Notes: a model not told the origin generated them from the sequence alone. Shown: positions 19,873-29,067, counted from the first letter of the stretch. The stretch: DNA of 64,000 nucleotides from Candidatus Gallispira sp. (GCA_048359195.1 DBGCRA010000196.1:843-64842), one strand, 5' to 3'. Made by a program: numbers and translations.

Positions 19873-20532
19873 ATGACATTTAACGGTTTTAATGAATATA
19901 CAAATGAATATCTTATAGGTATAAAATTTAACAACAACAAGCCTTGGTTTCAGGAGCATAAGGAAATGTATACCGATAATGTACACAACCCCACAGTTGC
20001 CCTTGCCAATGAGCTTTATTTAAAAATGGTGGATTTAGACCCTGAATTTACTGAAAAGCCAAAAGTTTCAAGAGCAAACAGGGATATTCGTTTTTCAAAA
20101 AATAAAGCACCATATAAGGTGTGCAAGTGGTTTTTTTTAAAAAATGAATTTACAAGAGGAAGTATGCCTCATAATGCTCCGGGATATTTCTTTGAAATGT
20201 CATCAGACTGGTGGAGATATGGTCTTTTTTATGGTGATAATCCACAGGAAATGGAAAAATTCAGAGCAAAAATTGCAGCAGACACAGCTAAGTGTGAAAG
20301 AATGTTAAAAATAGCAGACAGTTCCCGTTTTGAGCTTCAGGGCGAAGATTATAAGAGGATTTTTAACAGGGAATTTACATCTGATATTAACAGGTGGGCA
20401 CAGAAAAAGTGGATAACTTATGTTCGCTATGAGGATTTTGATAATATGGATTTTTATTCCTCTAAGTTAGTTGATATTGTCTTTGAAGGCTTTAAAGAAA
20501 TTTATGAAGTATATAAATATTTGAAAAAGTAA
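19873..20532 (+). CDS. DUF2461 (TIGR02453) family protein
   Basis: NNNKPWFQEHKEMY and SRANRDIRFSKNKAPYK motifs are typical of the family. Confidence 0.75.
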   Translation: MTFNGFNEYTNEYLIGIKFNNNKPWFQEHKEMYTDNVHNPTVALANELYLKMVDLDPEFTEKPKVSRANRDIRFSKNKAPYKVCKWFFLKNEFTRGSMPHNAPGYFFEMSSDWWRYGLFYGDNPQEMEKFRAKIAADTAKCERMLKIADSSRFELQGEDYKRIFNREFTSDINRWAQKKWITYVRYEDFDNMDFYSSKLVDIVFEGFKEIYEVYKYLKK

Positions 20533-20544
20533 CAGGTAAAAATT

Positions 20545-21183
20545 ATGGAGAAATATATTACGGTAAAAGGCTTTGGAGAGGCTGAAATTGTAGAGAAAAA
20601 ATCCCGTTTTATCGCTCACGTAAAGCCTATAGCGTCGGAAGAAGATGCGCTTAAATATATAGAAGAAATAAAAAAGAAATACTGGGATGCTCGCCACAAC
20701 TGCTATGCCTATCAGCTTGGTGACAAAAATCAGATACAGCGCTATTCTGATGATGGTGAACCGGGAGGCACGGCAGGTATGCCTATACTTGACGTATTAA
20801 GAGGCAGAGATATTAAGGACACCATTGTTATTGTAACAAGATATTTCGGCGGTACTCTTTTGGGCACAGGAGGACTTGTAAGAGCCTACAGTTCGGCTTC
20901 CAAGGAAGGCATTAATGAGGCAGGGTTAATTGAAAGAATTTCCCATATAAGGCAGCATATTACAGTTGACTACACCCTTTCCGGCAAGGTACAATATGAG
21001 GTGTTAAATGGAGGTCATATTTTAGAGGACACTATTTATACGGATAAAGTAGAGTTTATTGTTTTAAGCGAGGTGAATATGGCAAAAAAGTTTAAGGAGA
21101 ATGTTGTAAACATTACGGGAAATAATGTTGAAATTTTATCAGAGGAAATTCCCGTATATGTAGACAGGGAAATTGAATTTTAA
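20545..21183 (+). CDS. YigZ / IMPACT-family protein
   Basis: EKKSRFIAHV...ARHNCYAY...DDGEPGGTAGMPIL...VVTRYFGGTLLGTGGLVRAY. Confidence 0.85.
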   Translation: MEKYITVKGFGEAEIVEKKSRFIAHVKPIASEEDALKYIEEIKKKYWDARHNCYAYQLGDKNQIQRYSDDGEPGGTAGMPILDVLRGRDIKDTIVIVTRYFGGTLLGTGGLVRAYSSASKEGINEAGLIERISHIRQHITVDYTLSGKVQYEVLNGGHILEDTIYTDKVEFIVLSEVNMAKKFKENVVNITGNNVEILSEEIPVYVDREIEF

Positions 21184-21198
21184 AAAGGAGAGATTTTT

Positions 21199-22254
21199 AT
21201 GAAGAAATTGTTTTTAATTTTGGCAATGGCGCTTGCTATTAATACTACAGTGTTTGCTACATCAACTAACAATGTAACTAAAATTCAGCATTTAAGAGAT
21301 GGTTCATCTCTTGCTTCTGCATCCTTTGAGATTACTCCTCATTCAGAGGTGGAAACAGGCTCATCAATTATTATTACTTTTAACAATGCTACAGTTTTTT
21401 CTCAGGATATAATTGATGGCACAAGCAGCAATACTGAAGAGGTTGGCTACAAGACCGGAGGCTATCAGTATTCGGAAAATGGCATAACATGGAATGGCAA
21501 AGACAGTTTTGATAAGGTTGTGCCTTATACGGCAAGCGGTAAATTGCCTTACTATATAAGAAGAATGAACGATATTCAGATTGAAGTATTTTTAATTAAT
21601 TTACCTGACATTTATGTCGGAGATTCATTAAAGACCGTAAACGGTTCAACAAGAACACCTTATTATTCAATACCTATGGTAGCTTATGCAGATTGTGATG
21701 GTGAAGGTGAGGTTACTGTTGAAATTGACAGCAACGGTACGTCTATAAGCAGTATGGGCGGCAGTACCGTAAACAATAGTCTTGCAACATCTACAACAAC
21801 AACTACAACTGAAACAACTACGGAAACTACTACTTCTGAGGTTAAAGAAGACAGCTCAAAGCTTTCAAATAAGGTTGAAATACAAATTGGCAGCAATGAA
21901 ATTATTGTAAACGGGACAAAGGTAACCATAGACTCACCTGCTTATATTCAGGAGGAGTCAAGCTCTGCAATGATTCCTTTAAGAGCTGTAAGTCAGGGTG
22001 TTGTTGGAAACGAGGATTGTGTTGAGTGGGATGGAGAAACTAAAACTGCAATTATTGAATTTGAAGGTAATGAAGTTAGATTTACATCAGGCTCTAATGT
22101 TGTTTATATTAATGGAAATGCCAAGACAATGGATTATGGTGTTAAGGCTGAAATAACCGACAGCAGAATGTTTGTTCCTTTCAGAGCTCTTGGTGAAGCT
22201 CTTGGAGCAGAGGTTAGCTGGGATGGAGAGAGTAAGAAGGCGTATTTTAATTAA
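21199..22254 (+). CDS. Secreted protein with unknown N-domain, Thr-rich linker and C-terminal copper-amine-oxidase-N-like (stalk) domain
   Basis: Signal peptide. The C-terminus (IPLRAVSQG...WDGETKTAII...SRMFVPFRALGEALGAEVSWDGESKKAYFN) is PF07833-like. Paralog of the next gene. Confidence 0.75.
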   Translation: MKKLFLILAMALAINTTVFATSTNNVTKIQHLRDGSSLASASFEITPHSEVETGSSIIITFNNATVFSQDIIDGTSSNTEEVGYKTGGYQYSENGITWNGKDSFDKVVPYTASGKLPYYIRRMNDIQIEVFLINLPDIYVGDSLKTVNGSTRTPYYSIPMVAYADCDGEGEVTVEIDSNGTSISSMGGSTVNNSLATSTTTTTTETTTETTTSEVKEDSSKLSNKVEIQIGSNEIIVNGTKVTIDSPAYIQEESSSAMIPLRAVSQGVVGNEDCVEWDGETKTAIIEFEGNEVRFTSGSNVVYINGNAKTMDYGVKAEITDSRMFVPFRALGEALGAEVSWDGESKKAYFN

Positions 22255-22276
22255 ATTTATTTAAGAGGATACAAAA

Positions 22277-23356
22277 ATGAAAAAAATATTACTGACATTT
22301 GCCTTAATACTTGCAGTTACTTCTACTGTTTACGGTGGTTCAAGAAATACTATACAGGTAACAGGCATCACAAAATCTGCCGGTGAAGCTGTTTCAGCAA
22401 AGCTTATAATTGAGCCAAGCAATGAAGTGACAACAGGAGCATACATAGAAATAAAGTTTGAAAATGCAGTTGTATTTTCCACAAGTGTAATTGAAGGTAC
22501 GGCTCTTTCAAGTGAAAAAGGCTATAACGGCAGAAATATAGGATATCAGTATCAGGGCTACAAAGGATATAAATGGAACGGTAAAGATGGTTTTTATGAT
22601 GCTATGGCAGACAGACCTGTTTCAGAAGTACCCTATAAAATAACAAGATTAGACGATTATACAATAAAGGTATCACTTTGCAATATTCCTTCTGAGTATG
22701 CAGACAGAAGCCTTGCAGCCTTTAATAATTCTTATAAAGAACCCTATTACTCAATTCCTCTACCCGTATATGTAAAGGATAATGGTGCTGTAAGGCTTAA
22801 AATCAGTGGCAAAACAAATGACAAGGAATTAAGCTATGGAAGCTATGTATTTAACGAAGGAACAGCTGTTAATTCAGAATCCACAACCGAACCGGTTAGC
22901 GAGTCTGTTACGGAAAAAGCTCCTGAAGCTATAATAGATGAGGCTAATACAATAAATAAGGTTGAAGTAACTATAGGCAGAAGTATAATGGTAGTGAATG
23001 GTGAAAATCAGATTATAGATGCAACTCCTTATATTCAGGCAGGAACAGGTTCAACCCTTATACCTTTAAGAGCTGTAAGCATTGCCCTTGCCGATGGCTA
23101 TAGTGGTAACGGAAGTATAAATATAGTATCTTGGAATGGTGATACAAAGACAGCAATTATAAATTACGGCAATGATATTATTGAATTTACGGCAGGCAGC
23201 AGCATAATGAAAGTAAATGGTACTGAAAAGGAAATTACAGGAGGTATTCCTGAAATAAAGGACAGCAGAATGTTTGTACCTTTCAGAGTGCTTGGAGAAG
23301 AGCTGGGTGCAAGTGTAAACTGGATTGCCGAAACTAAAACAGCGGTATTTAATTAG
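22277..23356 (+). CDS. Paralogous secreted protein with the same N-domain and C-terminal copper-amine-oxidase-N-like domain
   Basis: Shares GYQY..., WNGKD.F, PYYSIP and SRMFVPFRVLGEELGASVNW blocks with 21199..22254. Confidence 0.75.
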   Translation: MKKILLTFALILAVTSTVYGGSRNTIQVTGITKSAGEAVSAKLIIEPSNEVTTGAYIEIKFENAVVFSTSVIEGTALSSEKGYNGRNIGYQYQGYKGYKWNGKDGFYDAMADRPVSEVPYKITRLDDYTIKVSLCNIPSEYADRSLAAFNNSYKEPYYSIPLPVYVKDNGAVRLKISGKTNDKELSYGSYVFNEGTAVNSESTTEPVSESVTEKAPEAIIDEANTINKVEVTIGRSIMVVNGENQIIDATPYIQAGTGSTLIPLRAVSIALADGYSGNGSINIVSWNGDTKTAIINYGNDIIEFTAGSSIMKVNGTEKEITGGIPEIKDSRMFVPFRVLGEELGASVNWIAETKTAVFN

Positions 23357-23366
23357 GTAAATTGAA

Positions 23367-24581
23367 ATGAAAACAAAGCATATACTTTACTTATTTTTAA
23401 GTCTTTTATTTGGCTTTTGCACAACTGAATTTATTGACTACAGTTTTAGTGTTGTATATATTACAGCCACCCTTATTTATTGGGTGGCTCTTTGTGGTGT
23501 TGATTATATCTGCTTAAAAAAGGGCAAACCTATTTTGTCCACAGAAAAGAGAGTACGCAGTGGAAAAAGAGAGGTAGGCGGAGATATTGCAAGAGTAATC
23601 GCGGTTATTCTTGTACCTGTTGTTCATTTTTTCGGGCTTACATATTATTACAGTACAAATTTTACTGCTGATATGATATTTCCTACGGCAATAAGGTGGC
23701 TTGGTATTTGTGCCGTACCTCTTTTTATGATTATTTCAGGATATTTTAAGTCAAATGCGACCATTTCAAAAAAACATTACTTTGGAATTATACCTCTGCT
23801 TTGTACCCATATTTTTATAAGCTCTTTAAGAATATGGGTGGATTGGTATTTTCACGGTCAGGCTATTGACACACAGTATATTATAGACAGGCTTATTTAT
23901 TTTAAGTACGGTTGGTATATAAGGCTTTATATAGGTATGCTTTTAATTATGCCCTTTTTTAATGTTGCATATAAGAGTATTGGGGATAAATGGAAGAAGG
24001 AAATTTTTATACTTACTTTTGTAGGCTTAAATGCTCTTGGTCCTCTTACCTTTGATGTTGTTCCTTCAAGCTGGCTTGCTTTTTATGTTTTCGGTTATTA
24101 TATTATTGGCTGCTATCTTGCGGAGTACAGGGTTAAATTAAATCCTTTTATGGGAATTTTTGCCTTGGCTGTTATTCTTGCTTTTATAAGTACTGCTGCA
24201 TATTTCCACTGTAAGGGTGATGTTTTTGACTGGAGCTTTATTGCCTATCAGGCCAATTCGGGTTATTCTGCCATGTGTACCGTTTTTGTGTCTATGATTA
24301 TTATGGTGCTTTGTCTTAATATTGACTTTAATATTAAGCCTGTAAACTTTGTCTTTAAGGCAGTGAGCCTTGTATCTCTTGAAATGTATCTTTTCAGTCA
24401 GATGTTTGACGGCTTTATTTATAAGGATATTATAGAAAACAATGTACCTTTTATGGACAGCTTTAAAAATATAGTTCTTCTTGCAGGCAGTTCCTTTTTA
24501 CTTGCCTTTATTGCAAGCTGGGCAAAAAAGGCTGTATTTATGATAGGTGTTTTATTTAAGAGGAGAAATAAAAATGAGTAG
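23367..24581 (+). CDS. Acyltransferase-3 family membrane protein
   Basis: 404 aa, about 10 TM, with the acyltransferase_3-like N-terminal region (DIARVIAVILVPVVHF...PLFMIISGYF). Confidence 0.75.
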   Translation: MKTKHILYLFLSLLFGFCTTEFIDYSFSVVYITATLIYWVALCGVDYICLKKGKPILSTEKRVRSGKREVGGDIARVIAVILVPVVHFFGLTYYYSTNFTADMIFPTAIRWLGICAVPLFMIISGYFKSNATISKKHYFGIIPLLCTHIFISSLRIWVDWYFHGQAIDTQYIIDRLIYFKYGWYIRLYIGMLLIMPFFNVAYKSIGDKWKKEIFILTFVGLNALGPLTFDVVPSSWLAFYVFGYYIIGCYLAEYRVKLNPFMGIFALAVILAFISTAAYFHCKGDVFDWSFIAYQANSGYSAMCTVFVSMIIMVLCLNIDFNIKPVNFVFKAVSLVSLEMYLFSQMFDGFIYKDIIENNVPFMDSFKNIVLLAGSSFLLAFIASWAKKAVFMIGVLFKRRNKNE

Positions 24582-25473
24582 AAATACAAAAGGAATTTTA
24601 TTTACAATAGTCGGAGGTATATTTTGGGGACTTTCGGGAAATTTCGGTCAGTATCTTTTTCAGGAAAAGGGACTTAATGCTCATTGGCTTGTGTCAGTAC
24701 GTCTTTTAACGGCAGGTATAATTATGATTTTAATTACAGCATTTAATTCTGAAAGCAGAAAAAATATATTTCAGATATTTAAGGGTTATAAAAATATTGT
24801 AGAGCTGTTAATATTTAGTGTTTTGGGTATGCTTGGCTGTCAGCTTACATATTATGTGACTATTGAGGTGTCAAATGCTTGTACGGCAATAGTTTTACAG
24901 TATACATCACCTGTTATTATTATGCTTTATTTGGCAATCAGAAACAGAAAAATGCCTGTGAAATCTGAGATAATTGCTCTTTTGCTTGTAATTATAGGTA
25001 CATTTTTCCTTGCTACTCACGGAAATATTCATAGCCTTGCAATTTCAAAAAAGGCACTTGTGTGGGGTCTTTCATCAGCAGTAACCGTAGTTTTTTATAA
25101 TCTTGTGCCTGTCAGACTTATGAATAAATATGGTACAATAACCGTTCTTGGCTTGGGTATGTTTATTGGCGGCATAGTTTTGTCTTTTTTTACAAAGCCG
25201 TGGATTGTTCCGGGAATATGGGATTATAAGACAGTTTTCGCACTTTTGTTTCTTATACTTATGGGTACAATATTTGCTTTTAGTGCATATCTTTATGGAG
25301 TAAGGCTTATTGGTGCGTGCAAGGCAAGTCTTTTTGCCGCTACTGAACCTTTGACAAGTACTGTTGTGGGTGTACTGTTTATGGGTATTGTAATGACCGG
25401 TATGGATATTCTTGGACTTTTGTGTATACTTTTAGGTGTTGGAGTGTTGTCTGTGGGTAGGAAAAATGAATAG
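24574..25473 (+). CDS. EamA/DMT-family transporter
   Basis: About 299 aa, 10 TM, two EamA-like halves. The start overlaps the upstream stop by 8 nt, with an AAGAGGAG SD. Confidence 0.85.
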   Translation: MSRNTKGILFTIVGGIFWGLSGNFGQYLFQEKGLNAHWLVSVRLLTAGIIMILITAFNSESRKNIFQIFKGYKNIVELLIFSVLGMLGCQLTYYVTIEVSNACTAIVLQYTSPVIIMLYLAIRNRKMPVKSEIIALLLVIIGTFFLATHGNIHSLAISKKALVWGLSSAVTVVFYNLVPVRLMNKYGTITVLGLGMFIGGIVLSFFTKPWIVPGIWDYKTVFALLFLILMGTIFAFSAYLYGVRLIGACKASLFAATEPLTSTVVGVLFMGIVMTGMDILGLLCILLGVGVLSVGRKNE

Positions 25474-25503
25474 AAATTAATTAGTATAATTGTGAATAAA
25501 AAA

Positions 25504-25775
25504 TCCTGTGCATCCAACTTCGACAGTAGCCTCCAAGCGTTACTGCAGGTTTTGACTCAAATCAAGCTACCTTGCAACACACGAGAGGGACTGCTTAGTG
25601 CTGCTTCCTTCCGGATCTGACACGGTTCACAGATTCCCGTTGTGCAAGACTCAATCGTCAACATCAAAAGCCTGCAGGCTGACCCTACAAACTAAAGCCT
25701 CGGTTCGGACATAATCTCTGCTAAAGCGGATTGCAGACTACAGGGCACCGCTACCTCCCCGACTAGCACAGGACT
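25504..25775 (-). ncRNA. ffs: Signal recognition particle RNA, long Bacillus/Clostridium type (scRNA)
   Basis: GC-rich island. The reverse complement reads ...GTGCTAGTCGGGGAGGTAGCGGTGCCCTGTAGTCTGCAATCCGC...GTCAGATCCGGAAGGAAGCAGCACTAAG..., matching the B. subtilis scRNA Alu-domain and helix-8 (GGAAGGAAGCAGC) blocks. 5'/3' ends pair (TCCTGTGC/GCACAGGA) and a T6 follows. Lies downstream of tadA, as in Bacillus. Confidence 0.88.
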
Positions 25776-25780
25776 ATTCT

Positions 25781-25809
25781 ATTCTACTATTAATCAGCTT
25801 AAATGTCAA
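25781..25809 (-). promoter_or_regulatory. SigmaA promoter of ffs (TTGACA-17-TAGAAT)
   Basis: Reverse complement TTGACAtttaagctgattaatagTAGAAT, ending 5-6 nt before the predicted RNA 5' end. Confidence 0.65.
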
Positions 25810-25816
25810 TAAAAAT

Positions 25817-26452
25817 TTAATTAAGAATTTCTCCAAAGCTCAGCAAAAAGTGATCAGCAGCCTTTTTTGTTTCATTCCATTTATCTTTGCTGCTTTCATC
25901 ATAAACTGCAGTTACGGTCATCCCTGCTGCCTTTGCAGATTTAATTCCCTTTATAATGTCTTCATATACAAGGCAATTTTCGGGATTAACACCTAATTTT
26001 TCTGCACAAAGCAGGTAAATATCCGGATAATCCTTATTTCTTACACCGCTTGTGCCGTCAGCAAAGGCATCAAAAAGATGAGCAACCCCTTCCCTTTCAA
26101 GAACAGGTGCATAAAATTCAGGATTGGATGCTGTTGCAATGCCAACTTTTATACCTTGATTTTTGAGCTTGCCTATGTATTCGGCAACATAAGGCTTAAG
26201 TTTTACATTGTTGGCGTATTCATAAAGGGCATGGACATTCCACTCTGCCATAATGTCTTCAATGCTTTCATCAAGATTGTATTTTTCCTTTGTATAAATT
26301 GCACCGCTTACAAAGCTCATTGTGCTAATGGCATCTACATAATCGTCAGGTACAGTCATTCCCCTTGCCCTGAAAAAATCCTCGTCAACTTTTTTCCATA
26401 CGTATGTACTATCTGCTATTGTGCCGTCAAAATCAAAAATTACCGCTTTCAT
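25817..26452 (-). CDS. HAD-superfamily hydrolase (beta-phosphoglucomutase/phosphatase-like, subfamily IA)
   Basis: MKAVIFDFDGTIADS, GIATAS, YEDIIKGIKSAKAAGM motifs. Confidence 0.85.
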   Translation of the reverse strand: MKAVIFDFDGTIADSTYVWKKVDEDFFRARGMTVPDDYVDAISTMSFVSGAIYTKEKYNLDESIEDIMAEWNVHALYEYANNVKLKPYVAEYIGKLKNQGIKVGIATASNPEFYAPVLEREGVAHLFDAFADGTSGVRNKDYPDIYLLCAEKLGVNPENCLVYEDIIKGIKSAKAAGMTVTAVYDESSKDKWNETKKAADHFLLSFGEILN

Positions 26453-26466
26453 AATACTCCTTTAAC

Positions 26467-26913
26467 TTATCTGAATTTTTTAAAAAAATTCTTCATTAAT
26501 TTGGCACACTCCTCTTGTCTTATGCCCTCTGTGATTTCTGCCTTATGATTAAATCTGTCCTCTTGAAGCAGATTGTAGATTGAGCCTGCACAGCCTGCCT
26601 TTGTATTTCTTGTACCAAAGACAACCTCTTTTATCCTTGCCTGAAGTATAGCTCCCGCACACATTGGACAAGGCTCAACTGTTACAAAAAGGGTGCAGTC
26701 CTCAAGCCGCCAGTCCCCCATAAAGCCGCAAGCCTCATTTATGGCTATAATTTCAGCGTGGGCAAGTACATTTCCTTTGGTTATTCTTAAGTTTGCACCT
26801 TTGCCTATAACCCGGTCATTGTATACAATTACACAGCCTATAGGTACTTCGTTGCTGTTGTAGGCAATTTGTGCCTGTTCCAATGCCATATCCATATATT
26901 TTTGGTAGTCCAT
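26467..26913 (-). CDS. tadA: tRNA-specific adenosine deaminase
   Basis: CMP/dCMP deaminase zinc motifs HAEIIAI and TVEPCPMCAGAI. About 148 aa. Linked to ffs. Confidence 0.9.
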   Translation of the reverse strand: MDYQKYMDMALEQAQIAYNSNEVPIGCVIVYNDRVIGKGANLRITKGNVLAHAEIIAINEACGFMGDWRLEDCTLFVTVEPCPMCAGAILQARIKEVVFGTRNTKAGCAGSIYNLLQEDRFNHKAEITEGIRQEECAKLMKNFFKKFR

Positions 26914-27020
26914 AATTTCCCTCCTGTTGGGTAAAATTATTGTTTAGCAGATTAGTTACTCTATAAATTAATATGTATAGCCGTGCTAAACAAATGTGAG
27001 AACCTTGCCATTTAGGCAAG

Positions 27021-27108
27021 AACCTCACGTAAATTCAAAAGCTGCCAATTTTGCTTGGTGCAAAAACCTCACGTAAATTCAAAAGCTGCCAATTTTGCTT
27101 GGTGCAAA
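27021..27108. repeat. Perfect 2 x 44-bp tandem direct repeat
   Basis: AACCTCACGTAAATTCAAAAGCTGCCAATTTTGCTTGGTGCAAA occurs at 27021-27064 and identically at 27065-27108. Confidence 0.95.
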
Positions 27109-27236
27109 AACGATTTTTTATTATAGAATAGGGAAAAATCACGTTTTTGCACAGCATCGCAGTCGTTGTTTGTATATTATTAAAAAATAATATAACAGAC
27201 AAACTTTGTGCGACCGCAAAATGCTTTTGAATTATT

Positions 27237-27266
27237 AACTTCCGATTGGCTTGCCAATCGGAAGTT
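27237..27266 (-). terminator. Hairpin after rsmG (AACTTCCGATTGGC/GCCAATCGGAAGTT)
   Basis: 14-bp perfect palindrome 10 nt beyond the rsmG stop. Poor U-tract. Confidence 0.6.
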
Positions 27267-27276
27267 AAACATTAAT

Positions 27277-27981
27277 TTATAACGGTTTTCTATCAATCTT
27301 CTTAGCTCTTCTGGGATACATATCCGGAGTATTTTTTATCTTTTTTATTACCACAACAGTATGTTTTAAATCGGTATCAGGCAAAGTTATTTCCTCTACA
27401 TTTATAATTTCTCCCCCAAGTTCAGCTACAGCGTTTTTAGCCCTTTCAATTTCATCATATGCGGCAGGTCCTTTTAATGCAATCATAAGTCCGCCTACCT
27501 TAACAAAGGGTAAGTCATACTCGCAAAGTATATTAAGGGGCGCAACAGCTCTTGATAGGGCTATATCAAATTTTTCTCTGTAATTTTCATCCTGTCCCAG
27601 CTCCTCTGCTCTGCCGTGAACAAATTCTGCATTTGTGTTTGTTTTTCTGCATACATCTTTAAGGAAATTAAGCCTTTTTGTAAGTGAGTCCAAAAGTGTG
27701 AGTTTTATGGATGGACAGGTTATTTTTAAAGGCAGTCCGGGAAAACCTGCACCTGTTCCTACATCAATTACATTTTTGTTTTCAAAATCTGCAATATTAA
27801 GAACTGTTACACTGTCTGCAAAGTGCTTTACAGCTACCTCACTGTCTTCGGTAATACCTGTTAAATTCATTACTTTATTCCATTCTACAAGGAGATTTTT
27901 GTATATGACAAAGGTGTCAGCCTGATTTTTGTCAATTTCTATATTCATTTTCTTGAAATAATCTGTTATAAACTTGTTCAT
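27277..27981 (-). CDS. rsmG: 16S rRNA (guanine527-N7)-methyltransferase
   Basis: 234 aa. VDVGTGAGFPGLPLKI SAM motif and an overall GidB-like pattern. Confidence 0.92.
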   Translation of the reverse strand: MNKFITDYFKKMNIEIDKNQADTFVIYKNLLVEWNKVMNLTGITEDSEVAVKHFADSVTVLNIADFENKNVIDVGTGAGFPGLPLKITCPSIKLTLLDSLTKRLNFLKDVCRKTNTNAEFVHGRAEELGQDENYREKFDIALSRAVAPLNILCEYDLPFVKVGGLMIALKGPAAYDEIERAKNAVAELGGEIINVEEITLPDTDLKHTVVVIKKIKNTPDMYPRRAKKIDRKPL

Positions 27982-28721
27982 CAGTCTAAATGCCTTGCCT
28001 TTCTTACTCCCTTTAAAATTACCTTTTTACATTCAACTGCTTTGCTCTTATCCATTGCCTCGACTCCTTTTAATGGATACTCCATACCAAGTGCTTCGTA
28101 TTTTTTAACACCCATTGTGTGATAAGGCAAAACGTCAAGAGCTTTAACATTTTTAAGAGAGCCTATAAACTCTCCGAGCATAAATAAATATTTTTCATCG
28201 TCTGTTATTCCGGGTACAACAACGTGTCTTATCCACATAGGTATATTGTTTTTGTCAAGATATTTTGCAAAGGCAATAATATTGTCATTTTTTTGTGCCG
28301 TAAGGTCGATATGTGAACTTGGGTCAATATGCTTTATGTCAAGCATAACAAGGTTTGTATATTTAATAAGCTCATCGAATTTTGTTGTGTTTTCAGGTGT
28401 AAAAGTTATTCCCGATGTATCAAGACAGGTATGAATATTTTCTTCTCTGCATTTTTTGAAAAGCTCAGTGACAAAATCTATTTGCATTAAAGGTTCACCG
28501 CCTGTTGCGGTAATTCCTCCGTTTTTATAAAATGACCTGTTTCTGTTAAAGGCATCAATAATTTCATCAACTGACATTTCCGTGCCTCCTGTCATTTCCC
28601 ATGTATCAGGGTTGTGACAGTACTTGCATCTCATTGGACAGCCCTTGAAGAAAACCACAAAACGTATGCCCGGACCATCTACGCTGCCAAAGCTTTCTAT
28701 TGAATGTATGTGTGCTTTCAT
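27981..28721 (-). CDS. pflA: Pyruvate formate-lyase activating enzyme (radical SAM)
   Basis: IHSIESFGSVDGPGIRFVVFFKGCPMRCKYCHNPDTW (CxxxCxxC), GGITATGGEPL. Start at MKAHIHS after an AAGGAG SD. Confidence 0.93.
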   Translation of the reverse strand: MKAHIHSIESFGSVDGPGIRFVVFFKGCPMRCKYCHNPDTWEMTGGTEMSVDEIIDAFNRNRSFYKNGGITATGGEPLMQIDFVTELFKKCREENIHTCLDTSGITFTPENTTKFDELIKYTNLVMLDIKHIDPSSHIDLTAQKNDNIIAFAKYLDKNNIPMWIRHVVVPGITDDEKYLFMLGEFIGSLKNVKALDVLPYHTMGVKKYEALGMEYPLKGVEAMDKSKAVECKKVILKGVRKARHLD

Positions 28722-28743
28722 TTTAATCTCCTTTTTTAAAATC

Positions 28744-28775
28744 AAAGTTTATTTTACTTTTGTAAAATAAACTTT
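28744..28775. repeat. Diverged copy of the palindromic repeat family (AAAGTTTATTTTAC-tttt-GTAAAATAAACTTT)
   Basis: 14-nt perfect arms sharing the GTTTATTT...AAATAAAC core, 23 nt upstream of the pflA start. Confidence 0.6.
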
Positions 28776-28791
28776 AATTTTATTATAAACC

Positions 28792-28821
28792 AAAAAAGGC
28801 GGTTAGTAAACCGCCTTTTTC
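28792..28821 (-). terminator. Intrinsic terminator after the glycyl-radical mini-gene
   Basis: On the minus strand: AAAAAGGCGGTTTACTAACCGCCTTTTTTGG. Confidence 0.85.
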
Positions 28822-28827
28822 TTTTAA

Positions 28828-29067
28828 TTAAAATTTATCGTGGAAAGTTCTTGAAATAACTTCATCCTGCTGTTCCTTAGTAAGCTTATTAAAGTTTACG
28901 GCATAGCCTGAAACTCTTACAGTAAGCTGTGGATACTTTTCAGGATGAGCCTGAGCATCAAGTAAAGTTTCCTTTGTAAATACATTTACGTTTAAATGAT
29001 GACCGCCCTTTTCAGCATAGCCATCAATAATATTAACTAAATTATCAATCTGCTGTTCGTTAGACAT
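28828..29067 (-). CDS. Free-standing glycyl-radical domain protein (GrcA/YfiD-like, equals the missing C-terminus of PFL)
   Basis: 79 aa: [79 protein letters not shown]. Contains the RVSGYAV glycine-radical loop. Own GGGAGG SD. Confidence 0.85.
   Translation of the reverse strand: MSNEQQIDNLVNIIDGYAEKGGHHLNVNVFTKETLLDAQAHPEKYPQLTVRVSGYAVNFNKLTKEQQDEVISRTFHDKF

Noticed and set aside
25293-25517. 74-aa minus-strand ORF
   Set aside because: It is antisense to the EamA transporter 3' end and runs into the SRP RNA 3' end. No independent support.
26816-27028. 70-aa minus-strand ORF overlapping the tadA 5' end and the repeat region
   Set aside because: It is out of frame with tadA, has no SD, and is composed largely of the hairpin and repeat sequence.
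27021-27108. Possible CRISPR array
   Set aside because: There are only two directly abutting identical 44-bp units with no spacers, and no cas genes in the window. It is a tandem duplication, not a CRISPR array.
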